NCBI GenBank assembly: GCA_017549425.1
Contig: JAFYUV010000016.1
Span: forward strand, 440-64,439
Reading direction: 5' to 3'
Source: Clostridia bacterium
Lineage (GTDB): Bacteria > Bacillota > Clostridia > TANB77 > CAG-465
DNA length: 64,000 nt
The notes below the pieces were generated by a model that was not told the DNA's origin, did no database searches, and saw only the letters and a program-made list of their open reading frames with translations. Positions 30,518 through 39,014 of the stretch are shown here, piece after piece. Made by a program: the position numbers and the translations under genes. Position 1 is the stretch's first letter; each line of letters opens with the position of its first letter.

Positions 30518-31393
30518 TTAATCATAGAAATTGGGGTTGATATGTCCTATAACAGGGAAGCCCATTGCAGATACATTGATAGCTTGTTTATCTTTCAAAC
30601 AAATATATTTTATGGTTGATACCTTTGAATTTAACTTTAACAAATTTATATATTTACCAACCGCTTCATCTTCAATGTTTCCTCTACCCGTTCCTATAAA
30701 AATTATGCTTGCCTTTAAAAAATCATACTTTTTATCTTTAAACTCAATTGTTTTAGAAGTTGTATCAATACTTATTAAATAATCCCAAATATATCTTAAG
30801 GCATCTGAGATGTATGTTTCATCAGTATCGTTTTCAGCCACATTTAGTTTTTTATTTATCTCTGCTATAGAATCTAAAGTAGCAAAATCTAATACATCTG
30901 ATATTTTCTTTTCATTGTACATAGTGAGTATCCTAAAAAAGCTATCCTTATTTGATGATATAATTTTATTCATTACACCACTAACAAGACCATTGTTATC
31001 ACACACTTCCTTAGAATTCTCAATAACAAAGAATATAACATTCTTCTTTTCTCTGTATGAAAAAGGATTGTAAGTCTTTATAGATTTCATCGTTTCTGGA
31101 ACAGGGGTTAGCTTCGGAATTTCATCCGTTTTTCTTAGTATATCTTCCAAATCCATAATTGATGTTTCTGCCCCACTTTTTTTTGAATAAGCCTCACCCA
31201 CTAAGGGTTCTTCTTTTTGAGGAGTTGATTCAACAGTTCTCGGGATACTTTTGTCTACAATATTTCCCTTTTTTTCTTTTACGATTCTATCAAAAGCTTC
31301 TAAATCATAAGACGCATATTGTTCAAATTGTCTTCTTTCACTAGAATCATTTTCGCCTTTTATAAATTTGCTAAAGAAATTTTTTTTGCCCAT
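30518..31393 (-). CDS. Degenerate vWA-like protein
   Basis: NVIFFVIENS (decayed DxSxS), ETYISDAL, SIIFIGTG follow vWA strand/loop order; start refined to MGKKNFF behind AGGAG. Confidence 0.55.
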   Translation of the reverse strand: MGKKNFFSKFIKGENDSSERRQFEQYASYDLEAFDRIVKEKKGNIVDKSIPRTVESTPQKEEPLVGEAYSKKSGAETSIMDLEDILRKTDEIPKLTPVPETMKSIKTYNPFSYREKKNVIFFVIENSKEVCDNNGLVSGVMNKIISSNKDSFFRILTMYNEKKISDVLDFATLDSIAEINKKLNVAENDTDETYISDALRYIWDYLISIDTTSKTIEFKDKKYDFLKASIIFIGTGRGNIEDEAVGKYINLLKLNSKVSTIKYICLKDKQAINVSAMGFPVIGHINPNFYD

Positions 31394-31403
31394 ATTTTTT
31401 CTC

Positions 31404-32069
31404 CTATATAAGAATTGTAATATCATCAAAAAAGCTTGATTGATTAGATTTTATAACCCCTTCAGGAGAATACTGTGAATTTATTCCCTGAATAAATGGG
31501 TCAAAATTTTCGTCTATTTTTTTCTCTACAATCGGCATTATTCCGTCAGTTGCAATTCCAACTTTCTTAAAGTGTTTTTTGTCAAACTCAAAAGTTTTAA
31601 ATTCTAGTTTCCTATCATAGGTATCTGTATGCACAGAATTATACGCATAATATGGCGGAGTTTTTCCGTAAAACAACCGTATATAACTCACCATATCTTG
31701 ATTATTCACTGTGACTATATAACCATCTCCTATGAATTTAACAACAAATTTGTCTTCTAGTTCAAAACAAGCCAAAACAGTAAAGAGCATATTATTCATG
31801 ATGAACTCTTTAAGCTTTTCGGCTTTTTCAAATTCCAACATCTTGTAAATTTTAGAAAAAGTAATCTCCACATTTTCTTCAAATTTATTTATGTCGAAAC
31901 GATTTTCTAAAGCCGAAAAAAATTGACAAAAAAGTCTTGTGCCAACCTCAGAATATTTAGCTTCACTACATCCATCTGTAATAAGCTTTAAATTTCCTTC
32001 TGCGTAACAAAAATCTTGATTGTTTATACCTTCTAAATAATGTCCATTTCCTTGTCTACATATTAACAT
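31404..32069 (-). CDS. PP2C-family phosphatase, TerY-P type
   Basis: GNGH..NNQD, ITDGCS, IATDGI, DDITIL metal-binding motifs. Confidence 0.88.
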   Translation of the reverse strand: MLICRQGNGHYLEGINNQDFCYAEGNLKLITDGCSEAKYSEVGTRLFCQFFSALENRFDINKFEENVEITFSKIYKMLEFEKAEKLKEFIMNNMLFTVLACFELEDKFVVKFIGDGYIVTVNNQDMVSYIRLFYGKTPPYYAYNSVHTDTYDRKLEFKTFEFDKKHFKKVGIATDGIMPIVEKKIDENFDPFIQGINSQYSPEGVIKSNQSSFFDDITILI

Positions 32070-32122
32070 AGCATTTCTCCTTTAATTTTATTAAAATTTA
32101 AAATCGAATTTATATCGCAGAT

Positions 32123-32151
32123 ATTTTATCACAAAAAAAGCCTTTTTTCAA
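32123..32151 (-). promoter_or_regulatory. Sigma-A promoter of the PP2C-vWA-kinase operon
   Basis: TTGAAA-17-TAAAAT with extended -10 TG. Confidence 0.6.
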
Positions 32152-32205
32152 TATTTATGTTATCCAAGCTAATATTTTACCCCCAGTTTTAAAGCTAATA
32201 TAAAG

Positions 32206-32239
32206 AAACAAAGGTAGAGTATTTACTCTACCTTTGTTT
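32206..32239. terminator. Intrinsic terminator after the TelA gene
   Basis: AAACAAAGGTAGAGTA-TT-TACTCTACCTTTGTTT. Confidence 0.8.
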
Positions 32240-32244
32240 TTAAT

Positions 32245-33426
32245 TTAAAAAGTAAGTCCTTGAGAACTTTTCTTGTCATCTGACTCTTCGCCATTTAACT
32301 GTCCTACGTAAGGAGAAAGTTCATCAAGTAAAGACTTCAGCTTGTTTATTTCAGCAGAAATATTAGCCTGTCTTTCTTCGCGAGCTCTCTTTATAGCATC
32401 ACAACCTGACATTACGGTCTTTGCAGCCTGAAGTGCCGCTTCAACTGTATAAACCCCGTTTAATAGAACCTTTTCAGATTCCTCAGCGGTTAATGCAGAA
32501 CTTGTTGCAACTTTTTTCACGAGTTCATCATTAAGCTTAGTAATAGACTTCTGTCCTTCCAAAGCTTCACGATTCTGCGCATCAAGAATTGCGTTTCTCA
32601 ACTGCTGTGCCGCAAGAGCCATGCTATTTGCCTTCTGAGTTCTTACTGCAATTTGAATATTCTTATTTGTCTTCTCCTGTAAAACGAGCTGACCTATGCT
32701 TATCCAAAAAGCAGCTCTTGACTTTTCAAGATTAAGAAGAACTGTATCAAAAATTTGCAATCCTTCCTTCATATCTTCATATTTTTGCTTATCCTGATAC
32801 AAGCCTGAGCTTTCACTTAAAAGCCTTGATTCTTCCACCTGAGAAGCGATTCTTTCCTTAGCTATGTAACCAGCTACAATATACTGTTCTAGGAGCTCAC
32901 AATTATCTTTATCGTCATGAGCTGCAAGACTGATTTGGCCATAACCTTCCTGAAGCATATCTATCCAAGACTCACACGACGCTCTTAACTGCTCAAGCAA
33001 TTTGTAACAAGTAACCGCTCTTACCTTTATTTCTTTTTCTCGCTTTCCTCTTGCAGAGGAAGAAAGTTTTAACATAATTTTCTGTATGATACTAGGTTCA
33101 TGCAACACAAGATTAAATTCATCCTGACTACTATTTGCCTGCTTAGATAATTCTATAACTTGTTTTATAACTTCCTGGTCTACTGTTGTTCCTTCAACTG
33201 TTTTTAAGAGTCTTCCTGATGCTTCAAATGACATCAAAAGTGGAGCTGAACCATACTCCATAATCTTTTCTGTTTCCAACACATCTATAGACTCTGCCAC
33301 TTTTAATATGGCCTGCTGTTTTTCTTCATCAAACCGTTCCAACGATTTTGCAGAAAGTGATGGGATATTCACTCCCGCAATTTGCATCTTGTCTAAATTT
33401 TCATTTTTTACAATAGCTTCCATCAT
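32245..33426 (-). CDS. Toxic anion resistance protein, TelA/KlaA family
   Basis: IMEYGS..SGRLLKTV N-terminal pattern, long coiled-coil body, LEQYIVAG, Q..LAA..LRNA; ~390 aa. Confidence 0.75.
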   Translation of the reverse strand: MMEAIVKNENLDKMQIAGVNIPSLSAKSLERFDEEKQQAILKVAESIDVLETEKIMEYGSAPLLMSFEASGRLLKTVEGTTVDQEVIKQVIELSKQANSSQDEFNLVLHEPSIIQKIMLKLSSSARGKREKEIKVRAVTCYKLLEQLRASCESWIDMLQEGYGQISLAAHDDKDNCELLEQYIVAGYIAKERIASQVEESRLLSESSGLYQDKQKYEDMKEGLQIFDTVLLNLEKSRAAFWISIGQLVLQEKTNKNIQIAVRTQKANSMALAAQQLRNAILDAQNREALEGQKSITKLNDELVKKVATSSALTAEESEKVLLNGVYTVEAALQAAKTVMSGCDAIKRAREERQANISAEINKLKSLLDELSPYVGQLNGEESDDKKSSQGLTF

Positions 33427-33474
33427 TTTTCTCCTTTTTAATTATAATATGAGTTTTCTTGAAATTATGCAAAA

Positions 33475-33503
33475 ATTATATCACAGCACAAGATTATTGT
33501 CAA
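33475..33503 (-). promoter_or_regulatory. Consensus sigma-A promoter of the TelA gene
   Basis: TTGACA-17-TATAAT with extended -10 TG. Confidence 0.75.
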
Positions 33504-33612
33504 CCAAATTTGATACAGCACAGTTGTTGTGTTAACGTTATTATATACCGAGTTCATTATTCTACCATAAAGTTTTTATAAATAATCCTTAATTATGTTA
33601 GAATGTAATGCC

Positions 33613-35193
33613 TTACATCATTTCTGTACTCACCCAATAATAATTGCCATCTTTATTTTTTGTAAATGTGTGTTTATACGTTTTTGCTTCATTTTTATAT
33701 GAATTTATCTTATCTAAAGATACCCCCTCAGCTATTAAACCTATTCTATCTGAAGAAGAATAGATGTTATATGTATTGTTTTCATTGTTTCTAACAACAT
33801 GTAAATATTTGTCATAAATATATATATTGTCATTATCTTTCTCTGCCTTTACTATTTCGTGATAAGAATTTTCCCAAGCAACAGGACCACTTCCAGTACT
33901 TAGCATGTAACTGCTATATTGCCCATCTGAATATACTACTTTATTAGAATTTCCAATGAAAAAACCCTTATGAACTAAAGTAACATCTTCACCAAAAATT
34001 TCTTTCGCTTTATTCATTACTAATTCTTTTGAATAAACATATTTGTATGCATTTCCATCAGCATCGACACGAACTGCTGGTTCATCAGTTTTTACCTTTT
34101 GTGCATCACTTAATTCTAAATTTTCAAAAATTGTTAATAATTTTATTTCATTGTCTACATTTTTATTTGTAACTTTTTGGCTTTGATATACTTGTTTTTC
34201 TCCGTTAATATTTAATTTTAATATATAATTATACAATTTTATTACTAAGTTATCATCTGTTTTTAAATTTTGAATTGTATTAGCACTACTGCTTTTAATT
34301 ATTTCTGTACTTACCCAATAATAATTTCCATCCTCATTTTTTGTAAAAGTATGCTTGAATTCAGAAGCTTTATTTTTATTTGCTTCAATACCTTCAAATC
34401 CTTGAACCGTACCAATTTTAACCTTTCTATCCGAAGCTGTATATATTCCAAACACTGCAACATCTTCTTTTACAACATGTAAATATTTATCATAAATATA
34501 AATATTATTATTATCTTTTTCTGCTTTTATTAATTCACGATAAGAATTTTCAGCTGATGAAGGGCCTGAACCAGCACTTAATAAATAACCTTCATATTGA
34601 CCATTTGTGTACTCTAATTTATACGAATTGTTTACAAAACAATCTTCATGTACTAAAGCAACATCTTTTCCAAAAAGTTCTTTTGCCTTCTTTTCTACCA
34701 TTGCTTTTGAATAAACATATTTATATGCATTTCCATCAGCATCTACTCGCACACCAGGTACATCTGTTTTTACTTTTTGAGCATCGCTTAATTCTAAATT
34801 TTCAAAAATTGTTAATAATTTTATTTCATTGGCTAGATTTTTATTTGTAATTTTTTGAGTTTGATAAACTACTTTTTCTCCATAAAAATTTTGCTTTAAT
34901 ATATATCTATACAATTTAACCACTAGTGCATCATCTGTTTTCAAACTTTGTATTGTATTTTGCTGACTGTTATCTATTTTATCTTCATTATCTTTATTTT
35001 GTTGACTATTATCTATAGTACTTTCATTCTCATTCTCAATTAATCCAGAATTATTATTTGATTGACCTTCATTGTTTAAAGGTGCTTCCTCTTTATTAAA
35101 ATACAATAACGCTACTGCCAAAGCTATCACAGTAACAAACAACAAAGTTATTAACACAATAACTCCTGCATTTCCCTTTTTCATATAAATCAT
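33613..35193 (-). CDS. Signal-anchored surface protein with two ~220-aa repeats
   Basis: N-terminal TM, N/Q/D-rich linker, repeats starting TIQSLKTDD and TIQNLKTDD, each ending NYYWVSTE. Confidence 0.8.
   Translation of the reverse strand: MIYMKKGNAGVIVLITLLFVTVIALAVALLYFNKEEAPLNNEGQSNNNSGLIENENESTIDNSQQNKDNEDKIDNSQQNTIQSLKTDDALVVKLYRYILKQNFYGEKVVYQTQKITNKNLANEIKLLTIFENLELSDAQKVKTDVPGVRVDADGNAYKYVYSKAMVEKKAKELFGKDVALVHEDCFVNNSYKLEYTNGQYEGYLLSAGSGPSSAENSYRELIKAEKDNNNIYIYDKYLHVVKEDVAVFGIYTASDRKVKIGTVQGFEGIEANKNKASEFKHTFTKNEDGNYYWVSTEIIKSSSANTIQNLKTDDNLVIKLYNYILKLNINGEKQVYQSQKVTNKNVDNEIKLLTIFENLELSDAQKVKTDEPAVRVDADGNAYKYVYSKELVMNKAKEIFGEDVTLVHKGFFIGNSNKVVYSDGQYSSYMLSTGSGPVAWENSYHEIVKAEKDNDNIYIYDKYLHVVRNNENNTYNIYSSSDRIGLIAEGVSLDKINSYKNEAKTYKHTFTKNKDGNYYWVSTEMM
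33616..34956 (-). repeat. Intragenic tandem duplication, period 678 nt
   Basis: Unit starts at 34956 and 34278, with long near-identical DNA stretches. Confidence 0.85.
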
Positions 35194-35267
35194 CCTTCCT
35201 TTTCAAGTTCTTAGAGAAGACTTTTAGCCTTAGTTTTATATAAATCAATATACAAAACTAAGGCTAT

Positions 35268-35348
35268 TTACATATAGTCTTTCTCACGTATATTTAAAGG
35301 GTTGTTTTGCCCCCCCCATTTACAATATTTTCCAAGGCAGTTTATCAT
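35268..35348 (-). CDS. Putative 26-aa leader peptide with a G8 tract
   Basis: GGAGGA RBS; MINCLGKYCKWGGQNNPLNIREKDYM*; C8 on + strand at 35310-35317. Confidence 0.4.
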   Translation of the reverse strand: MINCLGKYCKWGGQNNPLNIREKDYM

Positions 35349-35467
35349 TTGTCTTCTCCTCCAACTTTAGTTTATAATATAACAAATTGCAACTTTTGTC
35401 AACAAGAAGTTGCAAAATATACAAAAACATAGCATTTAGAATATATGCTATGTTTAAATTTTGGTTG

Positions 35468-35968
35468 CTATTTTGCTTCTAGATTAGGTGCTCCTCCTGG
35501 AACAGATACTGTTATTTTGTATTTAGTCTTTACTTCATTCAAATTATCACCTTCAAGTCCCACTAAAGCCTCATAATAATCTTCAGCTACCATTAATTCA
35601 CCATTTGATGTATAAGCCAAACCATTATTCATACTTTGACCATTTGCCAATCCTTGCGCATATGCTAAACTAACAGCAAATTTTGCATTAGACAAATCTG
35701 ATTTAAGCTTTGCTTCTGAAGCTTCTTTCAGCAGCTCCTCATTCGCATCAGCTAGCATAAATACAGAATATGTCATAAAGCCAGAAATCACAAGAGCTAT
35801 TAAAGTTAATACTAGTCCTGCTATTCTCATTCCTTTTCCATTTGGTTTCTTAACACAAAAGGCTATTATTGTTATTATTAATGAAATCACTGTAACAGCT
35901 AAACCAAAAAATGGAATCCAAGATGTAATTAAAGCAATTATTCCAAAAATCAAACTTGCTATGTACAT
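35468..35968 (-). CDS. DUF4190-like membrane protein with pilin-like helix
   Basis: IASLIFGIIAL..GKGMRIAGLVL two-TM pattern, then LLKEASEAKLKSDLSNAK. Confidence 0.6.
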   Translation of the reverse strand: MYIASLIFGIIALITSWIPFFGLAVTVISLIITIIAFCVKKPNGKGMRIAGLVLTLIALVISGFMTYSVFMLADANEELLKEASEAKLKSDLSNAKFAVSLAYAQGLANGQSMNNGLAYTSNGELMVAEDYYEALVGLEGDNLNEVKTKYKITVSVPGGAPNLEAK

Positions 35969-36063
35969 TTATATCCCCCTTTCTTTTCATTTTATCACAT
36001 ATTTTGTATAAATCAATCTTATAGCTACAAAAAAGGCATAGACTTTAATCTATACCTTTTATT

Positions 36064-38658
36064 TTATTTTAAACTTTCTTTCAATTTAGATATAATATCT
36101 GTATATTTTTTTACTTTTTCTTTTTCTGCTTCTATAAGAGCAGGTGGTGCCTTAGATACAAATTTTTCATTTGCAAGCATACCTTGTGCTCTCTTTAACT
36201 CAGCCTCTGCTTTAGCTATTTCAGCTTGCACTTTAGCATTTTGTTCTTCCTTATTTATTCCAACAGATAAATCTAGTACTATATCTATATTTTGTGTATG
36301 AATAGCAGTTCCATCAATAGCCGATATATTTCCTATTATTAATTCCTCTATTCCACATAGTTTTTTTATCATCGGAACAGACTTTTCTAACAATTCTTGA
36401 TTATTAGTTGCTATAGCCGCATTTATTTTCTTTGAATTAGTCAACCCAGCTGTTGCTCTCGCATTTCTTACTTGTCTTATTACTTCTATTAGCTCTTGTT
36501 CAAAGTTAAATTCAATATCAAAAGAATACTTTGGTTCTGGATATTCTGCTATTATTAATGCTTCATCTCTGTTTTTTATATAACCATATATTTCTTCAGT
36601 TATATATGGCATATATGGATGTAATAACTTTAATATATTTTCTAATACATAATTTAATGTGCTTACAGCAGCTTTATATCCACTTCCCGCTTCATCATAT
36701 AATCTTGATTTTGCCATCTCTATGTATAAATCACAGAAATCTGACCAAACAAAATCATAAAGTTCTCCTAAAGCTACTCCAATTTCATATTTTTCTATAT
36801 TTTCTCTAACATTAGCGATTATCTTAGATAATTTTGTTAATATCCACTTATCTTCTGGATATAGTTCTTGTTCATTAATAGCTAAATTTGCTTCTTTTGA
36901 AGTATACGTCAATGTAAATCTTGCAGCATTCCATAATTTATTTGCAAAATTACGTCCAGCTTCTACCTTTTCAGGTATATAGCGGATGTCATTTCCTGGA
37001 GCTATATTTTGTATTAAAGAAAATCTTAATGCATCTGTTCCATATTGATCTATTACTTCAAGTGGGTCTACTCCATTACCTAATGACTTAGACATTTTTC
37101 TACCTTGAGAATCTCTTACAAGACCGTGAATGAATACATCTTTAAATGGAACTACGCCAGTATGTTCTATAGCGCTAAATATCATCTTAGAAACCCAGAA
37201 TGTTATTATATCATAACCTGTAACAAGCATTGATGTTGGATAGAAATACTCTAAATCTTCTGTTTTTTCTGGCCAACCTAGTGTCGAGAAAGGCCATAAT
37301 GCAGAACTAAACCAAGTATCTAATACATCTTCATCTTGAACGAATTTTCCACCGCATGAACAATCCACAGGCTTGTCCATTGTAACTTCCATTTTTCCAC
37401 ACTTTTCACAATAATATGCTGGAATTCTATGTCCCCACCATAATTGTCTTGAAATACACCAATCTCTGATATTTTCCATCCAATTCATATATGTTTTTTC
37501 AAAGCGTTCTGGAACAAATCTAACTTCTTTATTTCTTACTGCCTCTATTGCAGGGGCTGCTAAATCTTTCATAGCAACAAACCATTGCTTTGAAGCATAA
37601 GGTTCTATAGTTGTATTACATCTATAACATTTTCCTACATTATGCGAATATTTTTCTGTTTTAACCAATGCTCCTGTATTTTCTAACTCTTCAACAATTG
37701 CTTTTCTTGCTTCTTCACGAGTTAATCCTGAGAATTTGCCGTATCCTTCAGCTATAATTCCTTTTTCGTCTATTACCGAAATTACTTCTAATCCATGACG
37801 TTGTCCTACTTCATAATCGTTAGGATCATGCGCTGGAGTAATTTTTACAGCACCTGTTCCAAATTCTTTTTCTACATATTCATCTGCAATCACTGGTATT
37901 TTTCTTCCAACTATAGGTAATACAACGTTTTTACCAATAATTTTTTTATATCTCTCATCCTCTGGATTTACTGCTATTGCTGTATCTCCAAGCATTGTTT
38001 CAGGACGAGTTGTTGCAACAACAATACTGCTTTTACCATCTTCTGTTTTATATTCAATATGCCATAGATTTGACTCTTCTTCTGTATATTCTACTTCGTT
38101 ATCTGAAATAGATGTTCCACAATGAGTACACCAGTTTACTATTCTTTCACCCTTATAAATCAAACCTTTCTCATATAGCTTTACAAAAACATATTCAACG
38201 GCTTTAGATAAACCTTCATCCATTGTAAAGCGCTCTCTTGACCAGTCACAAGAAGCACCTAATTTTTTTAATTGATTTACAATCCTATCTCCATATTGGT
38301 TTTTCCAAGCCCAAGCTTCCTCTAAGAAGCCTTCTCTTCCTAGTTCATCTTTAGTTTTACCTTCTTTTTTAAGTTTTTCTACAACCTTCATCTCAGTTGC
38401 AATACTCGCATGATCTGTTCCTGGTAACCAAAGTGTAGGAACACCTTTCATTCTATTGTATCTTATAAATATATCTTGTATAGTCTCATCTAGGGCATGT
38501 CCCATATGTAATTGACCTGTTACATTTGGAGGGGGAATAACTATTACAAAAGGTTTCTTACTTTTGTCAATTACTGGTTTGAAATAGTCCTTTTCTTCCC
38601 ACATTTTATATATTTTATCCTCTATCTCTAAAGGATTATATTTACTATTCATTTCCAT
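36064..38658 (-). CDS. valS: Valine--tRNA ligase
   Basis: PPPNVTGQLHMGH, GTDHA, DWCISRQLWWGH, KMSKS, C-terminal coiled coil. Confidence 0.98.
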   Translation of the reverse strand: MEMNSKYNPLEIEDKIYKMWEEKDYFKPVIDKSKKPFVIVIPPPNVTGQLHMGHALDETIQDIFIRYNRMKGVPTLWLPGTDHASIATEMKVVEKLKKEGKTKDELGREGFLEEAWAWKNQYGDRIVNQLKKLGASCDWSRERFTMDEGLSKAVEYVFVKLYEKGLIYKGERIVNWCTHCGTSISDNEVEYTEEESNLWHIEYKTEDGKSSIVVATTRPETMLGDTAIAVNPEDERYKKIIGKNVVLPIVGRKIPVIADEYVEKEFGTGAVKITPAHDPNDYEVGQRHGLEVISVIDEKGIIAEGYGKFSGLTREEARKAIVEELENTGALVKTEKYSHNVGKCYRCNTTIEPYASKQWFVAMKDLAAPAIEAVRNKEVRFVPERFEKTYMNWMENIRDWCISRQLWWGHRIPAYYCEKCGKMEVTMDKPVDCSCGGKFVQDEDVLDTWFSSALWPFSTLGWPEKTEDLEYFYPTSMLVTGYDIITFWVSKMIFSAIEHTGVVPFKDVFIHGLVRDSQGRKMSKSLGNGVDPLEVIDQYGTDALRFSLIQNIAPGNDIRYIPEKVEAGRNFANKLWNAARFTLTYTSKEANLAINEQELYPEDKWILTKLSKIIANVRENIEKYEIGVALGELYDFVWSDFCDLYIEMAKSRLYDEAGSGYKAAVSTLNYVLENILKLLHPYMPYITEEIYGYIKNRDEALIIAEYPEPKYSFDIEFNFEQELIEVIRQVRNARATAGLTNSKKINAAIATNNQELLEKSVPMIKKLCGIEELIIGNISAIDGTAIHTQNIDIVLDLSVGINKEEQNAKVQAEIAKAEAELKRAQGMLANEKFVSKAPPALIEAEKEKVKKYTDIISKLKESLK

Positions 38659-38671
38659 TATTTATTATCTC

Positions 38672-38875
38672 CTATCTTTCTAAAAAATACATTAATCCTA
38701 ATGCTATTAAACAAATTACAAATCCAACTGCTTTACAGACTCGTACGTTATTTGATTTCTTTTTAACATTCATTTTCTCTAATATATCTCCAGAAAAAAA
38801 TATTCCCGTAATTCCTACCCCTAAAAAGATTAACGAGATAATTAAAAATATTTCATTCTTCATTTTTATCACCAT
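38672..38875 (-). CDS. Small two-TM membrane protein
   Basis: Two hydrophobic segments; upstream TTGACA promoter; tightly linked to valS. Confidence 0.6.
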   Translation of the reverse strand: MVIKMKNEIFLIISLIFLGVGITGIFFSGDILEKMNVKKKSNNVRVCKAVGFVICLIALGLMYFLER

Positions 38876-39014
38876 TTAATATACATAATATATTACCAGC
38901 AAATAGCCTTGTTGTCAAGATTTGTAATAACAATTACGCTTGCTTTTAGGGCATAAATTTGGTATAATGGTTAAAATTTAAATTTATTCTAAAAATATTT
39001 TTTTGGAGGTTTTT

